Notes: a model not told the origin generated them from the sequence alone. Counted from the first letter of the stretch, positions 1 to 10,809 are shown. The stretch: 45,650 bases of DNA from Hyphomonadaceae bacterium (GCA_040383035.1 JBEIEG010000001.1:1-45650), one strand, 5' to 3'. Program-made: numbers and translations.

Positions 1-1467
1 ATAGCCGGGGATGCGAATGATCTCCATGCGGTCCAGCAAAGGCTGGGGCATGTTGAGCGAGTTGGCTGTGGTCACGAACATCACGTCCGACAAGTCATAA
101 TCGACTTCCAGATAATGGTCGTTGAACGTGCTGTTTTGTTCGGGGTCCAACACCTCCAACAAAGCTGCAGCTGGATCGCCACGATAATCAGCACCCATTT
201 TGTCGATCTCGTCCAGCAAGAAGAGCGGATTGGCGCTTTTCGCCTTCTTCATCGACTGGATGATGCGGCCGGGCATCGAACCAATATAGGTGCGGCGATG
301 TCCGCGAATTTCAGACTCATCGCGCACCCCACCGAGCGACACGCGCACAAAGTCGCGCCCAGTTGCTTTGGCGATGGACTTGCCGAGCGAGGTTTTACCC
401 ACGCCTGGCGGCCCCACGAGGCACAAGATAGGCCCACGCAGCTTATTGGTGCGGGCACCCACAGCCAGATATTCCAAGATGCGCTCTTTGACTTTTTCCA
501 AGCCATAGTGATCGCCGTCAAGAACCTCTTCAGCTGCATCAATGTCCTTCTTGGTCTTCTTTTGCTTGCCCCAAGGCAGCGCGATCAACCAATCCAGATA
601 GTTGCGCACGACGGTCGATTCCGCCGACATCGGGCTCATTTGCTTCAGCTTTTTGAGTTCGGCTTCGGCTTTAGTGCGGGCTTCTTTGGAGAATTTGGTT
701 TTGCGGATTTGCTCTTCTAGCTCCTGAAGCTCGTCACGACCTTCGTCTTGCTCGCCCAGCTCGCGTTGAATGGCCTTCATTTGCTCATTCAGATAATAGT
801 CGCGCTGGCTCTTCTCCATTTGCCGCTTCACGCGGTTACGAATGCGGCGCTCAACTTGAAGCACGCCCATCTCGCCTTCCATGAAGGTGAAGATGCGCTC
901 GAGACGCTTGGTCGCGCTGAAGATTTCCAGCAATTCTTGTTTCTGTTCCAGCTTGATCGCCAGATTGTCAGCAATCACGTCAGCCACTTGGCTAGCGGTT
1001 GGCAATTGGCCGAGGCCGGAGACGATTTCAGGCGGGATTTTACGGTTAAGTTTTACATAATTCTCGAACTGCTCAATCGCCGTGCGCGACAGCGCCTTTG
1101 CTTCTGGGCTATCGGCATCGATATCTTCGATCTCTGTGACTTGAACCGTGAACATAGGCTCGGTCGCATCAAAACTCTCAATCGACACGCGCGATTTGCC
1201 TTCAACCAGAACCTTCACGGTCCCGTCAGGCAATTTTAGCAATTGCAGCACCGAGGCGATGACACCAATCTTATGGACGTCGCCGGGGCCCGGATTATCG
1301 GCGCTAGCGTCTTTTTGGGTTGCCAGCACAATTTCCTTATCGCTGCGCATCGCTTCTTCCAGAGCCCGAACCGACTTTTCACGCCCCACGAACAAAGGCG
1401 AGACGCGATGCGGGAACACGACGATGTCGCGTAGGGGTAGAAGCGGCAGAATACGTGTCTTGGTCAT
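1..1467 (-). CDS. lon: ATP-dependent Lon protease (endopeptidase La), 5' part; runs off the left edge
   Basis: Absent from the ORF track because it has no stop in the window. Manual translation from ATG 1467 gives [32 protein letters not shown], Walker [20 protein letters not shown], and [56 protein letters not shown]-like sequence upstream. Confidence 0.97.
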   Translation of the reverse strand, partial: MTKTRILPLLPLRDIVVFPHRVSPLFVGREKSVRALEEAMRSDKEIVLATQKDASADNPGPGDVHKIGVIASVLQLLKLPDGTVKVLVEGKSRVSIESFDATEPMFTVQVTEIEDIDADSPEAKALSRTAIEQFENYVKLNRKIPPEIVSGLGQLPTASQVADVIADNLAIKLEQKQELLEIFSATKRLERIFTFMEGEMGVLQVERRIRNRVKRQMEKSQRDYYLNEQMKAIQRELGEQDEGRDELQELEEQIRKTKFSKEARTKAEAELKKLKQMSPMSAESTVVRNYLDWLIALPWGKQKKTKKDIDAAEEVLDGDHYGLEKVKERILEYLAVGARTNKLRGPILCLVGPPGVGKTSLGKSIAKATGRDFVRVSLGGVRDESEIRGHRRTYIGSMPGRIIQSMKKAKSANPLFLLDEIDKMGADYRGDPAAALLEVLDPEQNSTFNDHYLEVDYDLSDVMFVTTANSLNMPQPLLDRMEIIRIPGY

Positions 1468-1557
1468 TCAGTTTCCTTAGACTTGGCCTGAGGCATCCTA
1501 ATTCTTCTTTGAGGCGTAACTTTGATCCAAGCGGATCAAAGCGCGCTCCACGGGGAG

Positions 1558-1637
1558 AGATGGCGCCTTATTGCGGTCTTTTGCAAGTCCGCGATCATGT
1601 TAGTCCACAAATGGATGCGCCTAGGGCTAGGTTCAAG
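1558..1637 (-). promoter_or_regulatory. Two tandem RpoH (sigma32)-like promoter candidates upstream of lon
   Basis: Minus strand CTTGAA-N17-CCATTT (1637-1609) and CTTGCA-N18-CCATCT (1587-1558) resemble the alphaproteobacterial RpoH consensus; lon is a known heat-shock gene. Confidence 0.5.
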
Positions 1638-1785
1638 GCCTGCCCTGTTTCCGTGATTGGTGGGTGGTCGCTAAGAACATCTAGGCTCTACATTCGCCTG
1701 GTCAAATCCATCCTTGCTTCACACCGCAGGGCACCCTAGGAATAAAGAGAAAAATAAGCCGTCAATCACCGCTCTGGAGGAAAAT

Positions 1786-4065
1786 ATGCGCTATAAATCA
1801 GTATCTCTGATCGTCTTGGCTTGTGCGTTAGCAGGGCAAGCTGATGCGCAGCCACAAGGTCTTGAGGCAAGCATCACGCGCACGACTTATGGCATCCCCC
1901 ATATCACCGCCAAAAACTGGAAGAGCATCGGATATGGCGTCGGTTATGCCTATGCGCAGGACAATTTGTGCATGTTGGCCGAAGATTTCGCCACGGTGGC
2001 CGGCGAGAGGTCTCTACACTTTGGGACCAAGGAGAAAACGAGCCTCGGTTTTGACCCAATAGACAATCTAGCCGCAGACACGTTCTTCCGGTCCAACTTG
2101 GATCTTGCAACCCTGCGCCGGGATAGCTTGAAGACCAGCAAAATCGCGCGAGATCTGAGCGAAGGCTATGTTGCCGGCTATAATCGCCTGCTGCGAGATT
2201 TAGGACCTGATCGGGTGCCCGAAGCCTGTCGCGGTAAGGCTTGGGTGCGTCCCATCACGACAGACGACATGCTACGCCTAACCGAAAAGAATGCGCTGCG
2301 CTCCGGTGCTTTGGTGCTGGCCCAAGCGATTGCCTATGCGGCTCCACCACAAGAAGCGAAAGCCGAAAAGGTTGCAGCGCTAACCCTGCCTAATACCGAA
2401 ACATCCGGGCTCGGCAGTAATGGCTGGGCCTTTGGGGCAGAAACGACCGCCAATGGGCGTGGCCTGATTGTTGGCAATCCACATTTCCCGTGGTCAGGTC
2501 CATCGCGCTTTTATCAACTCCACATCACCATACCGGGCGTCGTGGATGTCATGGGCGCGACATTGGCGGGCTCTCCCTTACCCACCATCGGCTTTAACAA
2601 AGACATTGCTTGGACTCACACAGTCAGCGCGGCCCGGCACACCACCGTGTTTGAACTTACCCTCGATCCGGCGGACCCCACCCGCTATCTTGTCGACGGC
2701 AAGAGCGAAGCGATGCAGGTCCGCACGATTCAAGTGCCGACGCCTGAAGGGCCAGTCCAGCGCACGGTCTATACCAGCCGCTTTGGCCCGCTTATGGTGA
2801 TACCGTCAGCAGGGCTGAATTGGACGAAGGAACGCGCCTTTGCCATACGTGACGCCAATAGCGGCAATAATCGCCTGATTGACGCTTGGTTGGGGATCAA
2901 TCTTGCCAAGAATGTCGGCGATATTCGCAACGCAGTGACCACAACCCTTGGCATCCCGTGGGTGAATACGATCGCAGCGGACCGCTATGGCAATGCGCTA
3001 TTGGCCGATGTCACAGCTGTTCCCAATGTCTCTGCTCAAAAGATCAAGGATTGCGCCACGCCGCGTTCGGCCCCCTTGGCGCAACGGCTCATCGTGCTGG
3101 ATGGCAGCAAACCGGCCTGTGAGTGGGATCAGGCACCGGGCACCCCGGCCCTCGGCTTGATGCCCGCTAGCGATCAGGCAATCGTCGAGCGGCGCGACTA
3201 TGTCGCCAACAGCAATGATAGCTATTGGCTGACGAACCCTAAAAGCCCTTATCGTGTTTTGTCCCCTATTCTGGGCACCGCAGAAGTCGCACGCAGCCTG
3301 CGCACCCGCTCTGGCCTAATTGAGATTGACCGCAGGCTCACCGGCACCGACGGCTTTACCAGTACAAAGGTCGATCATGAGACTGCGCGCGCCATGCAAT
3401 ATGCCAACAAGAGCCTGGCCGCGGAACTCACGCTCGATGCGGTTCTGGGACTTTGTGCCGACCAAGCTGATCTGGCCGCGGCCTGTCAGACGCTGAAAAG
3501 TTGGGACAGACTTTATAACAACGACAGCAAAGGGGCCTATCTCTTCTGGGCGTTCTGGGAATTGGCCGACAGGCTTCCGGGCAAATGGGCGACGCCCTTT
3601 GATCTGAAGGACCCTGTGAACACCCCGCGTGATCTGGTCACGACTGGGCCAGTTGCTGACCAATTGCGCGGTGCCTTACGGTCCGCAGCAGAGCGCCTAT
3701 CCAAAGAGGGTCATGTCTTGGACGTGCCCTGGGGAAGCGTTCAATTTGTGACCCGAAATGGCGAAAACATCCCTATCCATGGTGCACATGGCAATCTGGG
3801 CGTGCTGAACGTGCAAGTCTCTGAGAAAGTCGGCCAAACCCTCGTGCCACGCTCTGGCACCAGCTATCTGCAGATCGTTGGCTTCGATGACAAAGGCCCG
3901 GTTGCTGATGCGATTTTGAGCTATGCCCAGTCGACAGACCCAGCTTCACCTTATTATGCCGACCAAACCAAGGCCTATGCGGAGAAGCGCTGGAACCGCT
4001 TGCCCTTTACACCCGCCCAGATCCAAGCGGCCAAAGTCGGTGAGACGTTGAAGCTGAAGGAATAG
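1786..4065 (+). CDS. Secreted Ntn-hydrolase acylase, peptidase S45 family (PvdQ/AiiD/aculeacin A acylase-like; candidate AHL acylase)
   Basis: Signal peptide MRYKSVSLIVLACALAGQADA after GGAGG; YGIPHI, GYAYAQDNLC, beta-chain start G-SNGWAFG (catalytic Ser), GNPHFPW, WVNTIAAD, NSNDSYW, LSYAQSTDP. Confidence 0.9.
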   Translation: MRYKSVSLIVLACALAGQADAQPQGLEASITRTTYGIPHITAKNWKSIGYGVGYAYAQDNLCMLAEDFATVAGERSLHFGTKEKTSLGFDPIDNLAADTFFRSNLDLATLRRDSLKTSKIARDLSEGYVAGYNRLLRDLGPDRVPEACRGKAWVRPITTDDMLRLTEKNALRSGALVLAQAIAYAAPPQEAKAEKVAALTLPNTETSGLGSNGWAFGAETTANGRGLIVGNPHFPWSGPSRFYQLHITIPGVVDVMGATLAGSPLPTIGFNKDIAWTHTVSAARHTTVFELTLDPADPTRYLVDGKSEAMQVRTIQVPTPEGPVQRTVYTSRFGPLMVIPSAGLNWTKERAFAIRDANSGNNRLIDAWLGINLAKNVGDIRNAVTTTLGIPWVNTIAADRYGNALLADVTAVPNVSAQKIKDCATPRSAPLAQRLIVLDGSKPACEWDQAPGTPALGLMPASDQAIVERRDYVANSNDSYWLTNPKSPYRVLSPILGTAEVARSLRTRSGLIEIDRRLTGTDGFTSTKVDHETARAMQYANKSLAAELTLDAVLGLCADQADLAAACQTLKSWDRLYNNDSKGAYLFWAFWELADRLPGKWATPFDLKDPVNTPRDLVTTGPVADQLRGALRSAAERLSKEGHVLDVPWGSVQFVTRNGENIPIHGAHGNLGVLNVQVSEKVGQTLVPRSGTSYLQIVGFDDKGPVADAILSYAQSTDPASPYYADQTKAYAEKRWNRLPFTPAQIQAAKVGETLKLKE

Positions 4066-4071
4066 AGCGCA

Positions 4072-5217
4072 TCAGCCCCGCATTGGGCGAACAAGACACT
4101 GGGGGCCAAGATCGGCGACTTTCTTGACCCCCATAAGTGTCATATTGGTGCGCATCTCTGCCTCAAAAAGTGATAGCAGGCGGGCTACCCCCGCCTCCCC
4201 ACCTGCGGCTAACGCATAGGCATAGGCTCGCCCGAGCATGACGGCATCGGCCCCAAGCGCTCGAAAGCGCAGCACATCCACCCCGCTACGAACGCCAGAG
4301 TCAGCCAGTATTGGAATCGCTTTAGCCACGGCTTCGACGATTCCCGGCAAGGCTGCTGCGGTCGACAAAGTGCCATCCAATTGCCGCCCACCATGGTTTG
4401 AGACCACCAAGGCGTCGGCCCCAAACTTAACGGCGTCGCGGGCATCGTCAGGGTCTAAGATGCCTTTGATGATAATCTGGCCCTGCCAGCTGTTGCGGAT
4501 CCATTCGAGGTCTTTCCAGCCGATACTGGGATCGAAATTCGCGCCAAGCCAGCCGATATAGTCGGCTAGGCCGGTCGCTTGGCCACGATAGGCAGAGATA
4601 TTGCCAAGATCATGGGGTCTGCCCAGAAGACCCACATCCAGCGCCCAGCGCGGGTGCGCGAGGGCTTGGCCCATCCGACGCGTACCCGCCCAAGGCCCAG
4701 ACATGCCCGAATGCGGGTCGCGGTAACGCGATCCAGGCGTTGGCATGTCTACGGTGAACACCAATGTCGTAACGCCCAATGCTGTGGCGCGTGCCAACGC
4801 ATCGGCCATAAAGCCGCGATCTTTCAGGACATAGAGCTGGAACCAGATCGGCTGGACGCTGGCTTCCGCCACTTCCGCGATAGGGCAAACGCTGACGGTG
4901 GAGAGCGTATAGGGGATGCCCGCCTTGGCAGCGGCTCTGGCGGCCTGCACCTCGCCCCGGCGTGCCAACATACCAGATAGGCCGACTGGGCCTAGGATGA
5001 TCGGCAGCGCAAGCTCTTGCCCCAAAAGCGTGGTTGAGAGATCGACGCCGTCCATGGCGTGAAGCACGCGCTGGCGCAACAGGATTTGCGACAAGTCAGA
5101 CTCATTGGCCTTAAGGGTTGCTTCGTCCAGCGCGCCGCCATCGACATAGTCAAACAAAAAGCGCGGCAAGCGCTGTTGCGCTGCACGCCGAAAATCACTT
5201 GGACTGGCAATGATCAT
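4072..5217 (-). CDS. lldD: FMN-dependent L-lactate dehydrogenase
   Basis: [30 protein letters not shown]-terminus, [41 protein letters not shown]. Confidence 0.92.
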   Translation of the reverse strand: MIIASPSDFRRAAQQRLPRFLFDYVDGGALDEATLKANESDLSQILLRQRVLHAMDGVDLSTTLLGQELALPIILGPVGLSGMLARRGEVQAARAAAKAGIPYTLSTVSVCPIAEVAEASVQPIWFQLYVLKDRGFMADALARATALGVTTLVFTVDMPTPGSRYRDPHSGMSGPWAGTRRMGQALAHPRWALDVGLLGRPHDLGNISAYRGQATGLADYIGWLGANFDPSIGWKDLEWIRNSWQGQIIIKGILDPDDARDAVKFGADALVVSNHGGRQLDGTLSTAAALPGIVEAVAKAIPILADSGVRSGVDVLRFRALGADAVMLGRAYAYALAAGGEAGVARLLSLFEAEMRTNMTLMGVKKVADLGPQCLVRPMRG

Positions 5218-5271
5218 CTAGCCCTGCCCCTTCAGACCGCTTAGCCATAAGCTAAGCACAGCGCTGGGCTC

Positions 5272-5709
5272 TCAGGCAAATCCGCCGCTGGCGTCTTGTT
5301 GCTGGCAACGTACCAAACGACTGGTAAGCACTGCAGCTTGGCGATGCTTGACGGCTTCGCGGTAATCGCTGTCCGTTACCATGGCCAGAAAAGCACCGGC
5401 ACTGGGATAGTTCGCGATGAAGATCGTATCCCAAGTCTCTGATTCTGGACCGGTTACCATGGCTTGCATGGTCCCGCGCCAAACGACCTTACCACCTAAA
5501 CGGCTGAAGATTGGATCGCTGGTGCGGCCATATTCCTTATATGCTTCCTCGCCCGTGCGGCCCAGATTAGCGTCAGGATGATCGGCTGGATAAATCGCGA
5601 GCGGACGATAGCGAACCTGATTGAGCATCCAGATCGGCTCATCGCGCGGCAGCGATTTGAACAGGTCAAAGGCTGCCCGTGTTGGATCGACAAAGGCCTC
5701 GTCAGTCAT
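5272..5709 (-). CDS. DUF1330-like dimeric alpha/beta-barrel protein
   Basis: PIWMLNQVRY..TGEEAYKEY..LGGKVVWRG..ETWD..ANYPS..AFLAMV.D.DY..AVKHRQAAV pattern; starts 18 bp after the clpX stop. Confidence 0.75.
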   Translation of the reverse strand: MTDEAFVDPTRAAFDLFKSLPRDEPIWMLNQVRYRPLAIYPADHPDANLGRTGEEAYKEYGRTSDPIFSRLGGKVVWRGTMQAMVTGPESETWDTIFIANYPSAGAFLAMVTDSDYREAVKHRQAAVLTSRLVRCQQQDASGGFA

Positions 5710-5727
5710 GGGGAGTTCGCCTTTTGC

Positions 5728-6999
5728 TTAGCCAGCAGCGGCAGGGGCTGCTTGGTCGCGACGCTCTGAATAGATCAAAAGCGGCTTGGCACGGCCTTCA
5801 ATGACTTCGCCATTGACCACGACTTCTTCCACGCCCTCGTAAGATGGCAGGTCGAACATGGTCTCCAAAAGCACGCCTTCGAGGATGGAACGAAGACCAC
5901 GAGCACCGGTTTTGCGCGCAATGGCCTTGGTGGCCACGCACCGCAACGCTTCCTCGGTGAAGGTCAGCTTGGTGTTTTCCATCTCAAACAAGCGTTGATA
6001 CTGTTTGATCAAAGCGTTCTTGGGCTCGGTCAGGATTTGGATCAAAGCGGCTTCGTCCAAATCTTCCAAAGTCGCGAACACAGGCATCCGGCCAACGAAT
6101 TCAGGGATCAGGCCGAACTTCAACAAATCCTCGGGCTCACACTCGCGCAGCACATCGCCGGTGCGGCGGTCGTCTGGGCTGCGAACATTGGCACCAAAGC
6201 CGATGCCAGCACCCGTGCCGCGGCGCGAAATGATGGTATCAAGGCCTGGGAAGGCCCCGCCAGCGATAAACAGGATGTTGGTGGTGTCGACTTGCAGGAA
6301 TTCCTGTTGCGGATGTTTACGGCCACCTTGTGGCGGCACAGACGCGACCGTGCCTTCCATCAGTTTCAGCAAAGCCTGTTGTACACCCTCACCCGACACG
6401 TCGCGCGTGATCGATGGATTGTCAGACTTGCGGCTGATCTTGTCGATTTCGTCGATGTAAACGATGCCGCGCTGGGCACGTTCCACATTATAGTCCGACG
6501 CCTGCAACAGCTTTAGAATGATATTTTCAACATCTTCCCCAACATAGCCAGCTTCGGTCAAAGTCGTGGCGTCTGCCATGGTGAAAGGCACGTCGATGAT
6601 GCGGGCAAGGGTCTGGGCCAAAAGCGTCTTACCGCAACCGGTTGGACCAATCAGCAAGATGTTCGACTTCGCCAGTTCCACATCGCCATTCTTTTGCGAG
6701 TGGGCCAGGCGCTTATAATGATTGTGCACAGCCACGGCCAAGACGCGCTTGGCATAGTTTTGGCCGATTGCGTAATCGTCGAGAACGTCCTTGATCTCCT
6801 GCGGCGTGGGTACGCCGTCCTTGGATTTCACAAGTTGGTTCTTGTTCTCTTCGCGGATGATATCCATGCAAAGTTCGACGCACTCATCGCAGATAAAGAC
6901 CGTTGGCCCTGCGATCAGTTTGCGGACTTCATGCTGGCTCTTGCCGCAGAAGCTGCAATAGAGCGTATTTTTTGAATCACCGCTGGCTGCTTTGGTCAT
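5728..6999 (-). CDS. clpX: ATP-dependent Clp protease ATP-binding subunit ClpX
   Basis: C4 zinc finger CSFCGK..CDEC, Walker [15 protein letters not shown] pore loop, IGF loop, [11 protein letters not shown]. Confidence 0.99.
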   Translation of the reverse strand: MTKAASGDSKNTLYCSFCGKSQHEVRKLIAGPTVFICDECVELCMDIIREENKNQLVKSKDGVPTPQEIKDVLDDYAIGQNYAKRVLAVAVHNHYKRLAHSQKNGDVELAKSNILLIGPTGCGKTLLAQTLARIIDVPFTMADATTLTEAGYVGEDVENIILKLLQASDYNVERAQRGIVYIDEIDKISRKSDNPSITRDVSGEGVQQALLKLMEGTVASVPPQGGRKHPQQEFLQVDTTNILFIAGGAFPGLDTIISRRGTGAGIGFGANVRSPDDRRTGDVLRECEPEDLLKFGLIPEFVGRMPVFATLEDLDEAALIQILTEPKNALIKQYQRLFEMENTKLTFTEEALRCVATKAIARKTGARGLRSILEGVLLETMFDLPSYEGVEEVVVNGEVIEGRAKPLLIYSERRDQAAPAAAG

Positions 7000-7170
7000 A
7001 TCTACTCCAGTCCGTCACGGTGCTGCTAAAAGCAGCCTCTGACGGTCGCTTCAAAAAGCTTTGTCCAGTCTTGCACGGAATCTGTCAACGATCCGTTGCA
7101 AAACTGAAGCAATTAGTGTCACCCGCCTTTGCTTACGCAAAAATGAGGCCGAGCGGGCTTAAAGCCCTGC

Positions 7171-7797
7171 TTAGCTCGTCTGACTTGGGTCTTCGCGCTT
7201 CACAAAAACTTCGTCCACAATGCCGAAAGCTTTGGCTTCTTCGGCGGTCATGAAATGGTCTCGGTCTAAAGTTTTCTCAATCACATCATAGTCTTGCCCA
7301 GTATGCTTGACGTAGATTTCGTTGAGGCGACGCTTGGTAGCAACAATGTCTTCTGCATGACGTGCAATGTCAGTTGCTTGGCCGCGGAAGCCGCCAGAAG
7401 GCTGGTGCACCATCACGCGGGCATTTGGCAGCGCAACACGGCTACCTTTTTGACCGGCGGCTAGCAAAAGCGAACCCATAGACGCGGCTTGCCCCATCAC
7501 AACCGTGGAGACGGGCGAGCGGATGTATTCCATCGTGTCATAGATCGACAGGCCAGAGGTGACGACACCACCTGGGCTATTGATATACATAGCGATTTCT
7601 TTCTTTGGATTTTCAGACTCCAAGAAAAGAAGCTGTGCGCAGATCAAAGCGGCCATGCCGTCCTCAACAGGACCTGACACGAAAATGATGCGTTCGCGCA
7701 ACAGACGAGAAAAAATGTCGAAGGCCCGCTCGCCACGCGAACTTTGCTCGACAACCATCGGGACTAAGCCCAGTGCGCGTGTGATATGATCGGTCAT
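7171..7797 (-). CDS. clpP: ATP-dependent Clp protease proteolytic subunit
   Basis: [33 protein letters not shown] (catalytic Ser), [14 protein letters not shown]; start trimmed to ATG 7797. Confidence 0.98.
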   Translation of the reverse strand: MTDHITRALGLVPMVVEQSSRGERAFDIFSRLLRERIIFVSGPVEDGMAALICAQLLFLESENPKKEIAMYINSPGGVVTSGLSIYDTMEYIRSPVSTVVMGQAASMGSLLLAAGQKGSRVALPNARVMVHQPSGGFRGQATDIARHAEDIVATKRRLNEIYVKHTGQDYDVIEKTLDRDHFMTAEEAKAFGIVDEVFVKREDPSQTS

Positions 7798-7839
7798 AAA
7801 AGCCTCTTTCAGAACACGCCAAATGCGTTCCGGAACACT

Positions 7840-7870
7840 AGATATTGGCCCGCTTCGCCTCGGTTGCAAG
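7840..7870 (-). promoter_or_regulatory. RpoH-like promoter candidate of clpP
   Basis: Minus strand CTTGCA-N16-CCAATATCT, ending about 43 bp upstream of the clpP ATG. Confidence 0.5.
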
Positions 7871-7987
7871 GAGATGTTGCGGTTAATACGGTTTGCAAGC
7901 AGTGAATGAAGGAAAGATGAAGCTCATCTGTCCAATCCACATCCATTTACAGGCCAGTGGCAAACGTAGATGCAGCGACAACAAGCC

Positions 7988-8758
7988 TTACGGATAGAGC
8001 GCATTCAAATAAGCAGCAATTCTTACCCCTGCCTGCATCAGGCGCATGTCTAAGGCCTCGTTTTGCTGGAATGCATAGGTGTAACCCAAGCGCGAATCGG
8101 ACGGATAGATCGTGTCACGCAGAGCCGCACTCTCCGCAATCCAAACCAATGGATCGGCATTGGCCCAGTCTTTGAGGTTTTGTGGGGTGATCCGACGCGA
8201 CAACCAAGCCGTCATTTCGGTGTAAGATAATTGCTGCCGATCAACCAGATTGCCATCCCAAACGGCGTGTAAATTGGTTTCCTCGCGACCGAATTGGACC
8301 TTGACGTCATTGCCACCACGGTCGGTGCCATTGCCGACATGGAGTGGTTGGTGAAGATCGCCAATGATATGAATGGTAAACCGTAGGGCCAATTGCTTGT
8401 CCGCTAGGCTAGCTTTTGGATCGCGCAGTGTCTTTGCAAAGCCCGCCAAGGCGCTAACCGCATCGCCTTCTGGTGGCGCACCAACTTCTGCGTAAGTCTT
8501 GCCTGCCGGAACCGTGACATAATGCCAAGGATTGGCCGTCTTTTGCCAGAAAACTTCAGGGCTAGAGCGCATTTCATCTGGCCAAGTGGAGGCTTCGGCC
8601 AAAGACTCCGTGCCCAAGACAGCCTTCACCGCTTCAGCGGCTTTTTTCGACAAATGAGGCTCGGCAATCGCTCCGGTCACCCGATGGCCAATTTGCCCCC
8701 AAGCGAAGGCGGGCGAGCCGCTTAGAAATACCAATAAGGCGACAAGAAAGGCACGCAT
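7988..8758 (-). CDS. Secreted S1/P1 family nuclease
   Basis: Signal peptide ending AFA, then mature N-terminus WGQIGH (Zn-binding Trp1/His6), WPDEMR, WHYV, HIIGDLHQPLH, DRGGN, NLHAVWD; GGAGA SD before ATG 8758. Confidence 0.93.
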   Translation of the reverse strand: MRAFLVALLVFLSGSPAFAWGQIGHRVTGAIAEPHLSKKAAEAVKAVLGTESLAEASTWPDEMRSSPEVFWQKTANPWHYVTVPAGKTYAEVGAPPEGDAVSALAGFAKTLRDPKASLADKQLALRFTIHIIGDLHQPLHVGNGTDRGGNDVKVQFGREETNLHAVWDGNLVDRQQLSYTEMTAWLSRRITPQNLKDWANADPLVWIAESAALRDTIYPSDSRLGYTYAFQQNEALDMRLMQAGVRIAAYLNALYP

Positions 8759-8960
8759 GCGTTGATCTCCAACCCATGCGGCTCGCAAGAAACCGGGGTT
8801 ACTACAATGGATTTTAAGGGGTGCCTTAGACGGGTTCAAGCCAATCACAGGTCAATACGTGGCTGTTGCTGTCAAATCCTGTTAAAGGGCGGTTCGAAGC
8901 ATTGCTCCCAGCAAGCTGTACCATTCATTCGCGACCTAGAAGCGCGATTTCAGGATCATC

Positions 8961-10787
8961 ATGCCCTTCCCATCCCTACCCGCCGTATTTGAAGCCGCAT
9001 TGACGGCACAAGGTTACGGCGAGCCCACCCCCGTTCAAGCCGCAGTTCTGGCAGAAGAACGCGCTGACGCTGACCTTTTGGTGTCGGCACAGACCGGTTC
9101 TGGCAAGACTGTTGCCTTTGGTCTGTCCATTGGCCCCACGCTTTTGGCTGGCGAAGAACGCCTAGGCCGAGGCGGCGCGCCGTTAGCCTTGGTCATCGCG
9201 CCGACACGCGAACTGGCCCAACAGGTCGCCCGCGAACTGGAGTGGCTCTACGCCAAAGCAGGCGCGCAGGTCGTCTGCTGCGTCGGTGGCATGGATGCGC
9301 GCCAAGAGGCCCGCAAGCTTCAAGCGGGCTGCCATATCATTGTCGGCACACCGGGACGCTTGCGCGACCACATGGAGCGCGGCCGAGCAGACTTCAGCGC
9401 GCTGCGCGCTGTTGTGCTTGATGAAGCCGACGAAATGTTGGACTTGGGCTTCAAGGACGACTTGGAGGCCATTCTAGACGGCACGCCAGAAGACAAGCGC
9501 ACACTCCTCTTCTCCGCCACCTTGGCCAAGGACATTGTCACCCTCGCCAAGCATTATCAACGCAACGCGATCCGCATTGATACGACAACGCGCGATGTAC
9601 CCCATGGCGATATCGAATATCGCGCCATACGGGTTGCACCGAACGAGCTTGAACTGGCTGTCGTCAACGTCCTGCGCTTTTATGGCACGGGCGGTGCCTT
9701 GGTGTTTTGTGCAACGCGCGAGAGCGTCCGGCATTTGTTTGGTAGCCTGCGTGAGCGCGGTTTTTCGGCGGTGGCTTTGTCGGGTGAGCTTTCGCAGAAG
9801 GAACGCACCGATGCGCTGCAAGCACTGCGCGATGGCCATGCCCGCGTCTGCGTTGCAACTGACGTAGCCGCACGCGGTCTCGACCTGCCAGATCTAAACC
9901 TCGTGATCCATGCAGAGCTGCCCCAGAACAAAGCGGCCCTGCTTCACCGCTCAGGCCGCACAGGCCGTGCTGGGCGTAAGGGGACTTCGGTCGTTTTGGT
10001 GCCAACCACACGGCGCAAGAAGGCTGAACAATTGCTGCATTCGGCCGGTGTGTCCGCCACTTGGTCAGGCCCGCCAAGCGCTGAATCCATTCGGGCAGCA
10101 GACCGCGACCGCTTGATGAATGATCCGATGCTGAAAGAGCCCGCAACCGAGGAAGATGTGGGCCTAGCCACAGCTCTTCTTGAAGCAGCAGGCCCAGAAC
10201 AAGTCGCGACGGCCCTGATCCGCCTTTACCGTTCGCGCCTGCCAGAGCCTGAAGATCTGTTTGAGCCCGTGGCAGAACCCCGTGGCCAACGACCAGAGCG
10301 TGGTGAGCGCCCGGCCCGCATGCGTGACCGTCCAGAACGCGACCCGCGCGACTTTGGCGGGCAAGAAGGGTCTGGCGCGCCATGGTTCCGCCTGTCGGTC
10401 GGTCGCAATTCAAACGCTGACCCGAAATGGCTGATCCCGCTGATTTGCCGCCTCGGCCATGTCACCAAGAATGACATCGGCAATATCCGCATTTTCGATC
10501 GCGACACCGTGTTTGAAATCGATCCCCGCGTGGCCGACCGGTTTATGCAGGCGGTCTATAACCATCCAGATGACGCCATGCGGATAGAACCCGCCAATGA
10601 TCCCGGCAGCGCCAAAGGTGCACCACGTCGGGGTGATAAAAAGAAGGGCGGCAACAAGGGTAAACCTAACGCGCCAGTTGCGCCTGGTGAACGTGGCCCC
10701 CGCGGCATTGTCGGCCCACCGCGCGGCAAAGGCGGCCCGCCACCCTTTGGGAAAAAGTCATTTAAAAAGAAAGTCCGGATGGACTGA
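8961..10787 (+). CDS. DEAD-box RNA helicase with C-terminal DbpA-type RNA-binding domain (DeaD/CsdA-like)
   Basis: Q motif PTPVQ, AQTGSGKT, PTRELA, TPGRL, DEAD, SAT, ARGLD, HRSGRTGRAG; C-terminal WFRLSVGR..DIGNIRI domain; basic tail. Confidence 0.93.
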   Translation: MPFPSLPAVFEAALTAQGYGEPTPVQAAVLAEERADADLLVSAQTGSGKTVAFGLSIGPTLLAGEERLGRGGAPLALVIAPTRELAQQVARELEWLYAKAGAQVVCCVGGMDARQEARKLQAGCHIIVGTPGRLRDHMERGRADFSALRAVVLDEADEMLDLGFKDDLEAILDGTPEDKRTLLFSATLAKDIVTLAKHYQRNAIRIDTTTRDVPHGDIEYRAIRVAPNELELAVVNVLRFYGTGGALVFCATRESVRHLFGSLRERGFSAVALSGELSQKERTDALQALRDGHARVCVATDVAARGLDLPDLNLVIHAELPQNKAALLHRSGRTGRAGRKGTSVVLVPTTRRKKAEQLLHSAGVSATWSGPPSAESIRAADRDRLMNDPMLKEPATEEDVGLATALLEAAGPEQVATALIRLYRSRLPEPEDLFEPVAEPRGQRPERGERPARMRDRPERDPRDFGGQEGSGAPWFRLSVGRNSNADPKWLIPLICRLGHVTKNDIGNIRIFDRDTVFEIDPRVADRFMQAVYNHPDDAMRIEPANDPGSAKGAPRRGDKKKGGNKGKPNAPVAPGERGPRGIVGPPRGKGGPPPFGKKSFKKKVRMD

Positions 10788-10809
10788 GGGGTCTTTGCCC
10801 CTCATTCAT

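Noticed and set aside
115-1480. Plus-strand ORFs of 201, 163 and 110 aa
   Set aside because: Antisense shadows of lon, which occupies the minus strand with all expected motifs.
8869-8885. CTGTCAA-ATC-CTGTTAA Pho-box-like direct repeat near the S1/P1 nuclease
   Set aside because: Period is 10 rather than 11 bp and it is oriented toward the helicase; too weak to call.
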